Assembly: GCA_048937405.1 (NCBI GenBank)
Contig: JBHLNF010000007.1
Span: forward strand, 32,001 to 96,000
Source of the DNA: Promethearchaeota archaeon
Lineage (GTDB): Archaea; Asgardarchaeota; Lokiarchaeia; Sigyniarchaeales; SOKP01
DNA: 64,000 bases
Reading direction: 5' to 3'
Shown: piece after piece, positions 49,878 through 59,051 of the stretch
Layout: every line of letters starts with the position of its first letter
How positions within the stretch are numbered: position 1 is the first letter of the stretch
Program-made: the position numbers and the translations under genes
Notes under the pieces: model-generated
Told to the model about the DNA's origin: nothing
The model's database searches: none
The model's input: the letters and a program-made list of their open reading frames with translations, nothing else

Positions 49878-52784
49878 TTAAAACCATATTGGTGTTGGTT
49901 TTGTATTATCAATAAAATAGCTTTTAAAATCATTTTGGGAACTTGGACATAATGTTTTATAAAAATCATATAATTTAGTAAGAAAATAATTATGATAAAA
50001 AAATCTTGTACAATCAGCACATTGTTCATATAATTCTTGTAAAGTAATCTTTTCTAAGTCTTTTCTGATCTTATTATACTTCTCCGATTCCCAAATTTTT
50101 TCAAAATTGAATCCATTTTTTCTTAGATTCCCGCATGATATAGCATTACGCTTGATATTATAGTATGGATCAAATGTATTATTATTATCATAATAAAGAT
50201 GACAACAAGGATATATTTCTCCATTAGTATCAATTATTGAGAAAATGTATGTTGCAAAACATCTAAAATATTCATTTTCAGAATTATATAAATTCTTACA
50301 CGGTTTTCCTGAACTGATTCCATCAAAACCTAATTTATCAATAAACCAACTTAGGTATTTTAAATTAGTGTATCTTTTTATATTTGCGTTTGAATGATAT
50401 CGATCAATTATGGTTCTAATTTTTTCAATAGAATCTGAACTGCAAAGAAATTTAGAATCTATACTATCGTTTTTACCATGTGCGAATTTGAAAGAAAAAT
50501 GAGAAAATAAACTAAAATCAATCGAACTGTTTTCTGAATTATTCTGTTGATTACTAATTATACTTAGCATTTTTTCAAAATCATCAATATTCTCTTTTTG
50601 AATTGTGTAACACATTCCAATATTACAACTATCATTTCTATTGCTTTTTAAATTACATAGAGACTTTATTAAATTATTATATATTTCTCCTCCTCTTATC
50701 TTATTTATGATTTCTTTATTAGTACCATCTACCGAGATCCTTATCCAATCAGAAAATTTACACATATTTTTAGCTAAATTTTCATCAATATCCAAACCAT
50801 TTGAGAGAATACCAATATTTAAATTAAAACTTTCTTTGGCTAATCTCAATATATCACTAAACTGGCTATGTAATGTTGGTTCTCCGCCAGAAAAAATAAT
50901 ATTTTTCACATTATAATTGGATATTGATTGAAGTATTCTACTAAGATCATCCAATTTCATATAATTAGCACTACTATCAAGATGTCTTTCACACATTAAA
51001 CATTTTGAATTACATTGATTTGTTATTTCAATCTGAATGCATAAGGGTGGAAGAATGTGTTGATTTTTTTCTAAAATATCAAATATTTTTGGAATATTAT
51101 AATTATAGGATTTTAAATTATTTTGTCTTAATTGGTCTGGATTAAAAATTTCATCGGATTGTATTTCTAAAATTCTAGATTGAATATCATTTTTTTTTAA
51201 AAATTCTTTCGATTTTTCAAAAATATTAATTATACGGTTATCCAAGTAATTAACTAATTTAAAATTACTTTTTATTTCTAATCTTAATTTCTTGACATAA
51301 TCCCCTGTATGAATATCATAAATTGCAATTTTTTGTTCATTTTCTTCTTTTGGAAATACTACTATACTTTCCCAAAATAGTTTATTAGATAATCTGAAAT
51401 TAAAGTTTTCTTTATATTTTTCTCTTAGTGTATAGAAACAATCCAAAGATAAAGCAATATCTCTTTCTAATTGATATCTTTCTCTTTTATCTAATATTGA
51501 TAAATTAGTTTTTGGATCAAGTAATACCATTTTAAATTTGATCTTTTTGTCCTCTATTGTCTTACTAATATCAGCTTTATTATTAGCCCAATGCAATAAA
51601 GATCTCCCGGATATATGAATATTACCATTCTCTTTTACCATTGAAAGGATTTTGTTAATTTGATAATATTTTTCAAAATCTTCATCATTTTCAAAATATT
51701 TAAGTGTAATTTTTGGTGTTTCATAGAATTCTTGATTTTTTTCTTCACTATGTTCAACAAAATAATCTCTTTTGACATCATTATAAAAATAAAGACTTAC
51801 ATGTAATTCTCTATTATCTTTAATATCTATTAGCACAAAACCATTTTTTTGGGTCTTTCCACTTAGTGAGGGGGCACCAACTAAAATCAGTTTTTCCTGA
51901 TCTTTTGTACGAGTTAAAACATCAAAATTAAATTGATGACTATGTCCATAAGTGATTATTTGATATCCCCTATGACGAGCAATTGTAGTAAATTCGGCAC
52001 CATATCTAATTGTGGAATAGGGTCTTAAATTTTCTTGTTGTATAGGAATAAATGAATGATGGCACAATATTATCTTTGTGAATTTATTTTTATCACTTCC
52101 ATATTCTCTTTCAAAATCATCATCACATTTTATAAATTGATCATATTGTTCATTTGTTATTGCAGGAATATCAGGAAATAATCGTTTTTTTAAATTTTCC
52201 CTAATTTCCTTAAATTCTGAATTTTGTTTTAATTTTATCTTGCTTGTGAAATCTAATAATTTTCTAATAATTGGATCCTCTCTTCCTGCAATTTCGACGG
52301 TAGATAAACAAAAGATTGCTATTTTTAAATCATTATAAATGTATAACGGTGCAAATTTCTTTTTGGTATATGGAGTTAAATAATCTTTAAATTTTGTTTT
52401 AAAAATTTTTAAAGGTAGTTTTTCTCCTCTTTTAATATCATGATTTCCTGGTACAATTAATACCCTATCCATAAAATTGATAAATTTTTCTTTTGTATTT
52501 TCTTTTAGGTCTTTTAAAAATGTAAGCATTTCATTGAATCTAGGGGATTTTTTTAGATTATCTATATTATCTTTTCCAGTAGCATAATCACCACAAAAAA
52601 ATAGAAAGTCTGGATTAAGTTTATTAACTTGCCTGTAGAGATACTTACTAGGATCAGAGACATTTTTTTTATAACCATTTTTAATAGATTTTATATTTTT
52701 ATGAAATGAGCCAAAATGTATATCGGAAATCTGTATAATTCTAACTATTTTTTTATATTCTTCATTATTAACGAGATCAACCAT
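49878..52784 (-). CDS. Calcineurin-like metallophosphoesterase + DUF5919/PLD-like middle domain + radical SAM-SPASM fusion
   Basis: SDIH, CGDY, PGNHD, CHH, GHSH; HISGRSL...MVLLDP; CNSKCLMC, SGGEP, SNG; CFATY...GEIYPCC...GNL...CADC. Confidence 0.85.
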   Translation of the reverse strand: MVDLVNNEEYKKIVRIIQISDIHFGSFHKNIKSIKNGYKKNVSDPSKYLYRQVNKLNPDFLFFCGDYATGKDNIDNLKKSPRFNEMLTFLKDLKENTKEKFINFMDRVLIVPGNHDIKRGEKLPLKIFKTKFKDYLTPYTKKKFAPLYIYNDLKIAIFCLSTVEIAGREDPIIRKLLDFTSKIKLKQNSEFKEIRENLKKRLFPDIPAITNEQYDQFIKCDDDFEREYGSDKNKFTKIILCHHSFIPIQQENLRPYSTIRYGAEFTTIARHRGYQIITYGHSHQFNFDVLTRTKDQEKLILVGAPSLSGKTQKNGFVLIDIKDNRELHVSLYFYNDVKRDYFVEHSEEKNQEFYETPKITLKYFENDEDFEKYYQINKILSMVKENGNIHISGRSLLHWANNKADISKTIEDKKIKFKMVLLDPKTNLSILDKRERYQLERDIALSLDCFYTLREKYKENFNFRLSNKLFWESIVVFPKEENEQKIAIYDIHTGDYVKKLRLEIKSNFKLVNYLDNRIINIFEKSKEFLKKNDIQSRILEIQSDEIFNPDQLRQNNLKSYNYNIPKIFDILEKNQHILPPLCIQIEITNQCNSKCLMCERHLDSSANYMKLDDLSRILQSISNYNVKNIIFSGGEPTLHSQFSDILRLAKESFNLNIGILSNGLDIDENLAKNMCKFSDWIRISVDGTNKEIINKIRGGEIYNNLIKSLCNLKSNRNDSCNIGMCYTIQKENIDDFEKMLSIISNQQNNSENSSIDFSLFSHFSFKFAHGKNDSIDSKFLCSSDSIEKIRTIIDRYHSNANIKRYTNLKYLSWFIDKLGFDGISSGKPCKNLYNSENEYFRCFATYIFSIIDTNGEIYPCCHLYYDNNNTFDPYYNIKRNAISCGNLRKNGFNFEKIWESEKYNKIRKDLEKITLQELYEQCADCTRFFYHNYFLTKLYDFYKTLCPSSQNDFKSYFIDNTKPTPIWF

Positions 52785-53342
52785 TTTATTTCGCTCTTTT
52801 TTATCAAATAAATCATACTTAAATCTTTACAATAACCTATTTTTTCTTTAATTTAAAAATATTACTAAAATATCAATTTATAGCCTTATTGGAATCAGTA
52901 GATTATAAAAGAGAAAATTACAGAATTTTCTATCCAATCCTCTTTTTTTGTTGAAATATGATCATTCGATCTTTATACTAATATAACGATTTTAAGTAAA
53001 TATCACTTTAATTTAAGTTAAAATGCGTTATTTTGGCACTTATATGAAAAAATGGTGTTATAAAAAATGAGAGATTAATTAGATTATTAGATATCCTGCA
53101 TATCTTTTAAGAATTATTAAAAGACTCCTTTGTTTTAAATATGGCTTCTACTATTGTAAAATGTTGTTTAACATTTATATTACATAAATTAATCTGAATA
53201 GAATGATTTGTAAACATAAAATTTATTTGAAATGTTAAATTATGTTTTTTAACTTTTTTTAAAGAAAACTAAATAATTTTTACATGATAAGCTAGTGGAT
53301 TTTAGGATAAATTGTAATTAAGTTATAGTGAAGTAAATAAAG

Positions 53343-54308
53343 ATGAAATGTCCTGCATGCGATATACCAATGCAACCTTTAGTAGAAGGTATTTTCCAGT
53401 GCCCTCAATGCAAAAAAATAATAAAACAAAAAGATAAAGAGGCAGAAGCAAAGGAAAAAAAAGCTATTGAGGAGGGCAATTTTCAAGATGGGGAATATTT
53501 TCATAAAAATGCGAGCTTGAATAAACAATATGAAATTGCGGAATCTGGGATTATCATAAATAAAACCAATAATCGACTATTCGCAGTACTAATTTGTCAT
53601 AGTGCCTATTTAAAGGATGAGAAATATGTGAGATTATCTTGGTGGAAAAATTATCAACATGCAGGCATGTTAAAAATCTATGATAAATATGTTTTAAACA
53701 ATCTTATTATTGCTTTAGAAAAGGTAGATGAAGCATTTGATGATATTTGGGGTTGGAAAGGAAAATTTGGCAAACAAAAATCCAAAACAGAAGAAGATTT
53801 ACAGAAAGAAAAAAATTTGGATATTATAAAGTATAGAATTCTCGAAAATAAAACGTGTCCCAAATGTCAGAAAAAGATGGATAAAATGAAATCTCACTAT
53901 GAATGTCAGCACTGTGGAGAAATCGTCATTTTAGAAGGTTATAATCAACCTATATTCAATATTGCTCCAGAAGATATCGATCTACGATTTCACGCTAATT
54001 TTCCGATAAATTATTATTTACCCGTAAGTGGAATAACACTAAAATGGTTAATGGGTGAATGGAAAGCATTAGCAGTAATTTATTCTAAAGACAATCCCAA
54101 TAAAAAATGGTTAAGATTTTATTGGTGGATAAGAGATTTAAGTAATATTTTAAAATTTGGACAGAGAGAAATGGGAAATGGCACTCAGATGGGGTGGAAA
54201 ACTCAAAAGGGTGTTTCATCTCCAAATCTATATGAGAAAAATTTAGTTAAGCCTCTAATTAACGCACTAAAAAATATAGCAATCAAATTAAATTGGCAAA
54301 TTAATTAA
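53343..54308 (+). CDS. Protein with two (Zn ribbon + PC4/whirly-like) repeats
   Basis: CPAC/CPQC and CPKC/CQHC ribbons; repeated KYVRLSWW...LIIALEKV and KWLRFYWW...LINALKNI. Confidence 0.7.
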   Translation: MKCPACDIPMQPLVEGIFQCPQCKKIIKQKDKEAEAKEKKAIEEGNFQDGEYFHKNASLNKQYEIAESGIIINKTNNRLFAVLICHSAYLKDEKYVRLSWWKNYQHAGMLKIYDKYVLNNLIIALEKVDEAFDDIWGWKGKFGKQKSKTEEDLQKEKNLDIIKYRILENKTCPKCQKKMDKMKSHYECQHCGEIVILEGYNQPIFNIAPEDIDLRFHANFPINYYLPVSGITLKWLMGEWKALAVIYSKDNPNKKWLRFYWWIRDLSNILKFGQREMGNGTQMGWKTQKGVSSPNLYEKNLVKPLINALKNIAIKLNWQIN

Positions 54309-54335
54309 GAATAATTTAGAAGCTAAGGGAAGAAA

Positions 54336-55475
54336 TTGTCAGAAATTCAAGACACTACATGGAAAGAGTTATTAAAAAACTTTCAAGATGGGCTTGAAAA
54401 AGCAATTGAGGAATTACAAAAAAGAGATGTAGAGAATATTCCAGGGGCAAAGGAAGCCTTGATTCAAAGATTAAATAATATGAAGCTTCATTTTCCAAAA
54501 AATAATGGAGAAATTTTTTTAAAATCAATTAATGATAAAATTCAAAATGCTTTTTTTCCTAATACCACTAATTTCTCAGAAGCTTTTGAAAAAATATTAA
54601 AATCTAGAACTCACGAACAGGATTTCATAATTAATGAACTATTAAATGGTTTTGTAGCTTCTAAAGCAAAAGCAATAGCTTCAGGAACTCAAGGACCGAT
54701 AATAGATAGAATAGTTGAGGCCTTTAGTAAGAGAAATGACTTCCATATTGTTGATCATCAGTTTTTTGCTATGTTTGGAGACCCAAATAAACCTCGTCAA
54801 TATGTAAAAAAACAACTTGAAGAACTTGTAACCATGTTTGGTCTCATATCCAAAGAACTTGTAATTGAAAAGGATGTAAGAAGAAGTGAAGAGAAAATCT
54901 ATACATTTTATACATTTCCAGATGATATCATAAAAATTCTTGAAGAGAAATATTTAATTATTGATGAAGAACTAGGGTATGCCTATGTTTCTGAAAATTT
55001 TGATAGAAATGTTTTTATATGTATGTTTTTAGCAAATGTTACCATAAATAGAGATAATATTGAAAAAATTGGAGGTTCTTATACAATTAATGGAATATCC
55101 GCAATTTTTGCCTTAGTTTTATTACTGAGTTTCATGCCAAAATTGAGTGTGGATGAAACTAATCCTGTTTTAAACGATCCAAGTTTTAGTGAGAAAAATA
55201 TGAGTGTAATTCCGAAATCTTGGATGATGAAACAAGTTTTAGAACCTTTATTTGAACCCCTCATAAAAATCATCGCATATCGAATAGGGGGAGGATTATG
55301 GTTATCTAAAATCATTGATTCAGAAATTAATAAGAAGATCCATACCCAAATTAGATTTCTTCTCAAAGATGTAAATAAATGGATACTTGGGAATTTATGT
55401 AGAGTTGAAATTCCTATATTTGTTGAAATATCTAATATATTTACCGAAATTTTAGTAGGTTATGATGAGCAATAA
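54336..55475 (+). CDS. Hypothetical protein with central wHTH-like region
   Basis: RQYVKKQLEELVTMFGLISKE...YTFYTF. Confidence 0.7.
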   Translation: MSEIQDTTWKELLKNFQDGLEKAIEELQKRDVENIPGAKEALIQRLNNMKLHFPKNNGEIFLKSINDKIQNAFFPNTTNFSEAFEKILKSRTHEQDFIINELLNGFVASKAKAIASGTQGPIIDRIVEAFSKRNDFHIVDHQFFAMFGDPNKPRQYVKKQLEELVTMFGLISKELVIEKDVRRSEEKIYTFYTFPDDIIKILEEKYLIIDEELGYAYVSENFDRNVFICMFLANVTINRDNIEKIGGSYTINGISAIFALVLLLSFMPKLSVDETNPVLNDPSFSEKNMSVIPKSWMMKQVLEPLFEPLIKIIAYRIGGGLWLSKIIDSEINKKIHTQIRFLLKDVNKWILGNLCRVEIPIFVEISNIFTEILVGYDEQ

Positions 55476-55500
55476 ATACAAAATAAATTAATAATAAAAA

Positions 55501-56808
55501 ATGAGTTATAAAAAAAAATCTACAAGAACTATAAAACCAGGAAGGAAAAGAGAAAAATGGACAGACATATTACCTAGATATCTGACTTTTATTAGTCATA
55601 TGCGTCCTATCCTTAGAGAAACAAGAAGAATTATTATAAATTTAGATGCCGATTTATTATTAGATACAGAAGTTTTAGATAAAATTCGTCAAGAGGAAGA
55701 AAAAAGAAATATTCGTAAAGTTAGAGCACTTTCAGAATTTTCTGCTATGTATAGATCAAATGTTTATGATATTGTTAAAGATTTTATCGTCAAGTATAGA
55801 GATAATATTCCGATAATAGATATTAAAGATTACATTTTAGATTTTCTTCATGAATCTGTTGATGCTTTAAATGTTTTACGGCATATTACTAATCCTGATG
55901 AACTTAACCTAGAGAATACTTACTTATATCAACTTGTAAAGTTTATTGAAAGTAAATTATTTCCAAGAGGAGCAAATCTTAAAATTATCTATGAGAAATT
56001 AATACAAGAATCAGTAGATTTTTATGAATGTCAACGACATATACTACAACCTCATACATTTTATCGGGAGAAATTAGAAAGTCCCGATTATTTTGAAATT
56101 CCTGGAATATCTCCGAAAATATATCAAATAATTAACAACATTACATCCCTTTATAACTTAGATCCTAATTTTGGAGAATTTCCCGAAAGAGAGAATTGTG
56201 AACTCCCAATAATTTTAAAGAATGATATATTTCTTCCTTATGTAGATTCTATAGCAAATCCAGAAGAAGAGGCTATAGAAAAAATTGCCGAACGTATTGG
56301 ATTACGCTTATTAGATGAAATATTTTTAGCTCCAGAGGAAGATTTTGTTGAATTGCTCTTAGAAAACAATTTTTTACGTGAAAATAAACAATCCGATGGA
56401 AAATTAAGATACTATCCACAATTTAGTAATGAAACACTAATATTATACTATTTAGCTTTTGCTTCTCAAAGACGAGGTTTTCTCTCAAAAGAATTGGTTA
56501 ATTGGATTTCAATGAATTTCGCATTCTTAATTTATATGAGTATCTTAAAATGGAAATTATCTGATGAAAATATATTCTATGCAATTTTCAAAGATTTACA
56601 GACAAATGAAAAAGTACTTCCTTATTTAATGAAACTTATTTGTTTTTCGAATTATTTGGGTCTAGATAAGATGAAGATTCGAGATTCTGTCCAATATCGG
56701 AAAGAAATTTTTAATTTTATTGGATCTCAAATTGATAATCTAAAAGATTTAATTAATGAGACAGCTAATTATTGTAAGAGTATTAGTGAAAATAATAAAA
56801 GAAATTAA
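55501..56808 (+). CDS. Hypothetical helical protein
   Basis: 435-aa ORF in operon; basic N-terminus. Confidence 0.75.
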   Translation: MSYKKKSTRTIKPGRKREKWTDILPRYLTFISHMRPILRETRRIIINLDADLLLDTEVLDKIRQEEEKRNIRKVRALSEFSAMYRSNVYDIVKDFIVKYRDNIPIIDIKDYILDFLHESVDALNVLRHITNPDELNLENTYLYQLVKFIESKLFPRGANLKIIYEKLIQESVDFYECQRHILQPHTFYREKLESPDYFEIPGISPKIYQIINNITSLYNLDPNFGEFPERENCELPIILKNDIFLPYVDSIANPEEEAIEKIAERIGLRLLDEIFLAPEEDFVELLLENNFLRENKQSDGKLRYYPQFSNETLILYYLAFASQRRGFLSKELVNWISMNFAFLIYMSILKWKLSDENIFYAIFKDLQTNEKVLPYLMKLICFSNYLGLDKMKIRDSVQYRKEIFNFIGSQIDNLKDLINETANYCKSISENNKRN

Positions 56809-56829
56809 TAAAAAAATAATTAAAGTATT

Positions 56830-57939
56830 ATGAGCAAACAAAAAACTGAAAAAGAAGAAAAAATAGTATTTTCCGATGATATTGTAAAAGAAAGACTTGG
56901 AAAATATGGTGCAGTCTATTTCCCTTCAGATATTAAAGAAACAGTAGAGGATATTTTAGGAAATGAAACTAAAAAAGAGATTTTAAATGATTTTTTTAAA
57001 GCATTAAGGAAATATGATGAATTTACTGAACAATTGAAAAATACTAAATTAACTCCTAATTTAACTGTGCTTTTATACGGACCTCCAGGAACAGGAAAAA
57101 CTTCTTTAACAAGAGGTTTTGCTAAGGAATATAACATTCCCATATGTGTTGTAGAATCTGATAGGCTTGTATCACCTTTGCTTGGAGATACAATTAAAAA
57201 TATTCGCGGAGTTGTTGAACTCGCAGCAGAAATTGCTAAAGAACGAGGGGCTTTTATATTATTTTTTGATGAGATCGACGCAATTGGTTCTGAAAGATCA
57301 AATATCCACGAAGTTGGAGAAATTAAACGAGCAGTAATTTCTTTTCTACAAGTTATAGATAAAACTAATTATGAAGGAGTTCCACTAGCTGTTTTTGGTG
57401 CTACTAATCATCAACATCAACTTGACTCTGCGATATGGCGACGCTTTACATTTCATTTTAAGTTTGATTTCCCAGATTTTCATTTAAGAAAAAAAATTAT
57501 TGAATCATTTATGAATAAATTAAAAAAGGCAAAAATTGGAATTGATCAGACTATATTTTCTAATTTAGATAGCGAATACAAAGAAATTCTTAAAATTTCA
57601 AAAGATTTAGATTCCAAATTAGGATATTCAGTTTCGGAATTTGATAATAATCTTATATGGACAGAATTCAATATAAAAAATAAAGTAAGAGGTCTTTTAG
57701 CAATAACTTCTGGTTATTCTGGGTCTGATATTGAAAGAGGAACTCGAGTTGCGATTTTAAAAGCAATTAATACAGAGCTGCTAACATATGATCTTTTTTA
57801 TAATTCTTTGCAATTAGTTGGTGGAACCGCTATACATGTTGAGAGACAAAATGTGCTAAGTGATTCAAGAATAAAATCAGATCAGATAAATAGATCTAAG
57901 GGGAATAAGAGGAGTTTATCTGGACCTCCTGAAATTTAA
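56830..57939 (+). CDS. Single-domain classic AAA ATPase
   Basis: GPPGTGKT, FFDEID, GATN, LDSAIWRRF, GYSGSDIE. Confidence 0.93.
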   Translation: MSKQKTEKEEKIVFSDDIVKERLGKYGAVYFPSDIKETVEDILGNETKKEILNDFFKALRKYDEFTEQLKNTKLTPNLTVLLYGPPGTGKTSLTRGFAKEYNIPICVVESDRLVSPLLGDTIKNIRGVVELAAEIAKERGAFILFFDEIDAIGSERSNIHEVGEIKRAVISFLQVIDKTNYEGVPLAVFGATNHQHQLDSAIWRRFTFHFKFDFPDFHLRKKIIESFMNKLKKAKIGIDQTIFSNLDSEYKEILKISKDLDSKLGYSVSEFDNNLIWTEFNIKNKVRGLLAITSGYSGSDIERGTRVAILKAINTELLTYDLFYNSLQLVGGTAIHVERQNVLSDSRIKSDQINRSKGNKRSLSGPPEI

Positions 57940-57987
57940 AGCAAAAAAATATTTAATAATTCTATAACGATTTTAATTATCACTACA

Positions 57988-59028
57988 ATGACCAATAAAC
58001 AAATATTTGATTTGGATAAAATTAAAGAATTAACTTTCCCAATTGAAGAACTTCAGATAAAAGTTAATCAATTGAATGAATCCTCTAGAAATTCTATAAA
58101 AAATATCCACAATATTGAAGATGAATTAAGGGATGAGAAATTAATATCTCAAATTGAAATTGTGCAAGAATTATTGGATAATATTAATGGTAAATTGAAT
58201 CTTGTTTCAAAATCAAATCTAAATAAATTCTTGGATTTACAAGATCATCTAATTAAAAAATACAAGGAAATTTTTAAAAAAAATTTAAAAAAAGTAACTC
58301 TAAATGAAAATAATATAAAATCTATTGGATTATCTTTTATTGAAGATAAAAGCATTTGTAAAATCATCGATGATGTCTCTTTTATTCCTTCAATTGAAAT
58401 TCCAAAATGGTTACAACTTTTAGATTCATTGAAGTATAATAATCTTTTTCTGAAATCAGTAGAACAGATGAAATGTTATTTTCAAGAACTATTACAAGAA
58501 AGACTTGACATAGAAGTAAGTAGAATCCCTGATCATACAGATCCAGTACTAATTAATGAATATAAAAAATATTTCATGAAGAATTCCAATTCAACATTTG
58601 AGGACTATATACAGATTATCAAAAATGAACTTACCCAAAAAGAAATTGAATCTAAAAGTGAGATCAGAAAAAAAATTAAAGAAAAAGAAGAACTGGAAAA
58701 ATTAAAAAAAAAACAAGAAGAACAAAATAAAACCTATCAGGATTACTTACACCTCTCAGAAAGTGAATTTGAAAGAATAAGGCGGAAAAAGAGCAGAGAA
58801 AAACTAACAGAAGTGTCTAAAGGAACAAATCAGGAAAAAGAAATAGAACTTAGTGATGAAATCTCAGAAAAAATTAAAAAATTTAAATCTCAATTTGAAA
58901 AAAATTTTGATGAAAAATATATGATTCAAAAAGATGATGAAACGGATCCAATTGATATAATAAGAGAAAGAAAGAAGAAAAAAGAAAAAGAATATAAGGA
59001 ATTCAAAAATCATTTTGAAAACAATTAA
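57988..59028 (+). CDS. Charged coiled-coil protein
   Basis: K/E-rich helical C-half. Confidence 0.75.
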   Translation: MTNKQIFDLDKIKELTFPIEELQIKVNQLNESSRNSIKNIHNIEDELRDEKLISQIEIVQELLDNINGKLNLVSKSNLNKFLDLQDHLIKKYKEIFKKNLKKVTLNENNIKSIGLSFIEDKSICKIIDDVSFIPSIEIPKWLQLLDSLKYNNLFLKSVEQMKCYFQELLQERLDIEVSRIPDHTDPVLINEYKKYFMKNSNSTFEDYIQIIKNELTQKEIESKSEIRKKIKEKEELEKLKKKQEEQNKTYQDYLHLSESEFERIRRKKSREKLTEVSKGTNQEKEIELSDEISEKIKKFKSQFEKNFDEKYMIQKDDETDPIDIIRERKKKKEKEYKEFKNHFENN

Positions 59029-59051
59029 GCACAAATAAAAAGGTATTACAA

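Larger units (their letters stand above)
48541..53342. mobile_element. Inserted ~5-kb accessory cassette between the duplicated gene starts
   Basis: Two opposite-strand genes flanked by the 195-bp direct duplication; no integrase or transposase visible. Confidence 0.6.

Noticed and set aside
49878-51060. Radical SAM domain as a prokaryotic viperin
   Set aside because: Lacks the viperin-type N-x-H strand before CxxxCxxC and has a SPASM domain instead.
56830-57939. AAA ATPase as Vps4/CdvC or as part of an ATPase-subtilase toxin-antitoxin pair
   Set aside because: No MIT domain, ESCRT-III gene or S8 protease nearby; pore loop SPLLG differs from Vps4.
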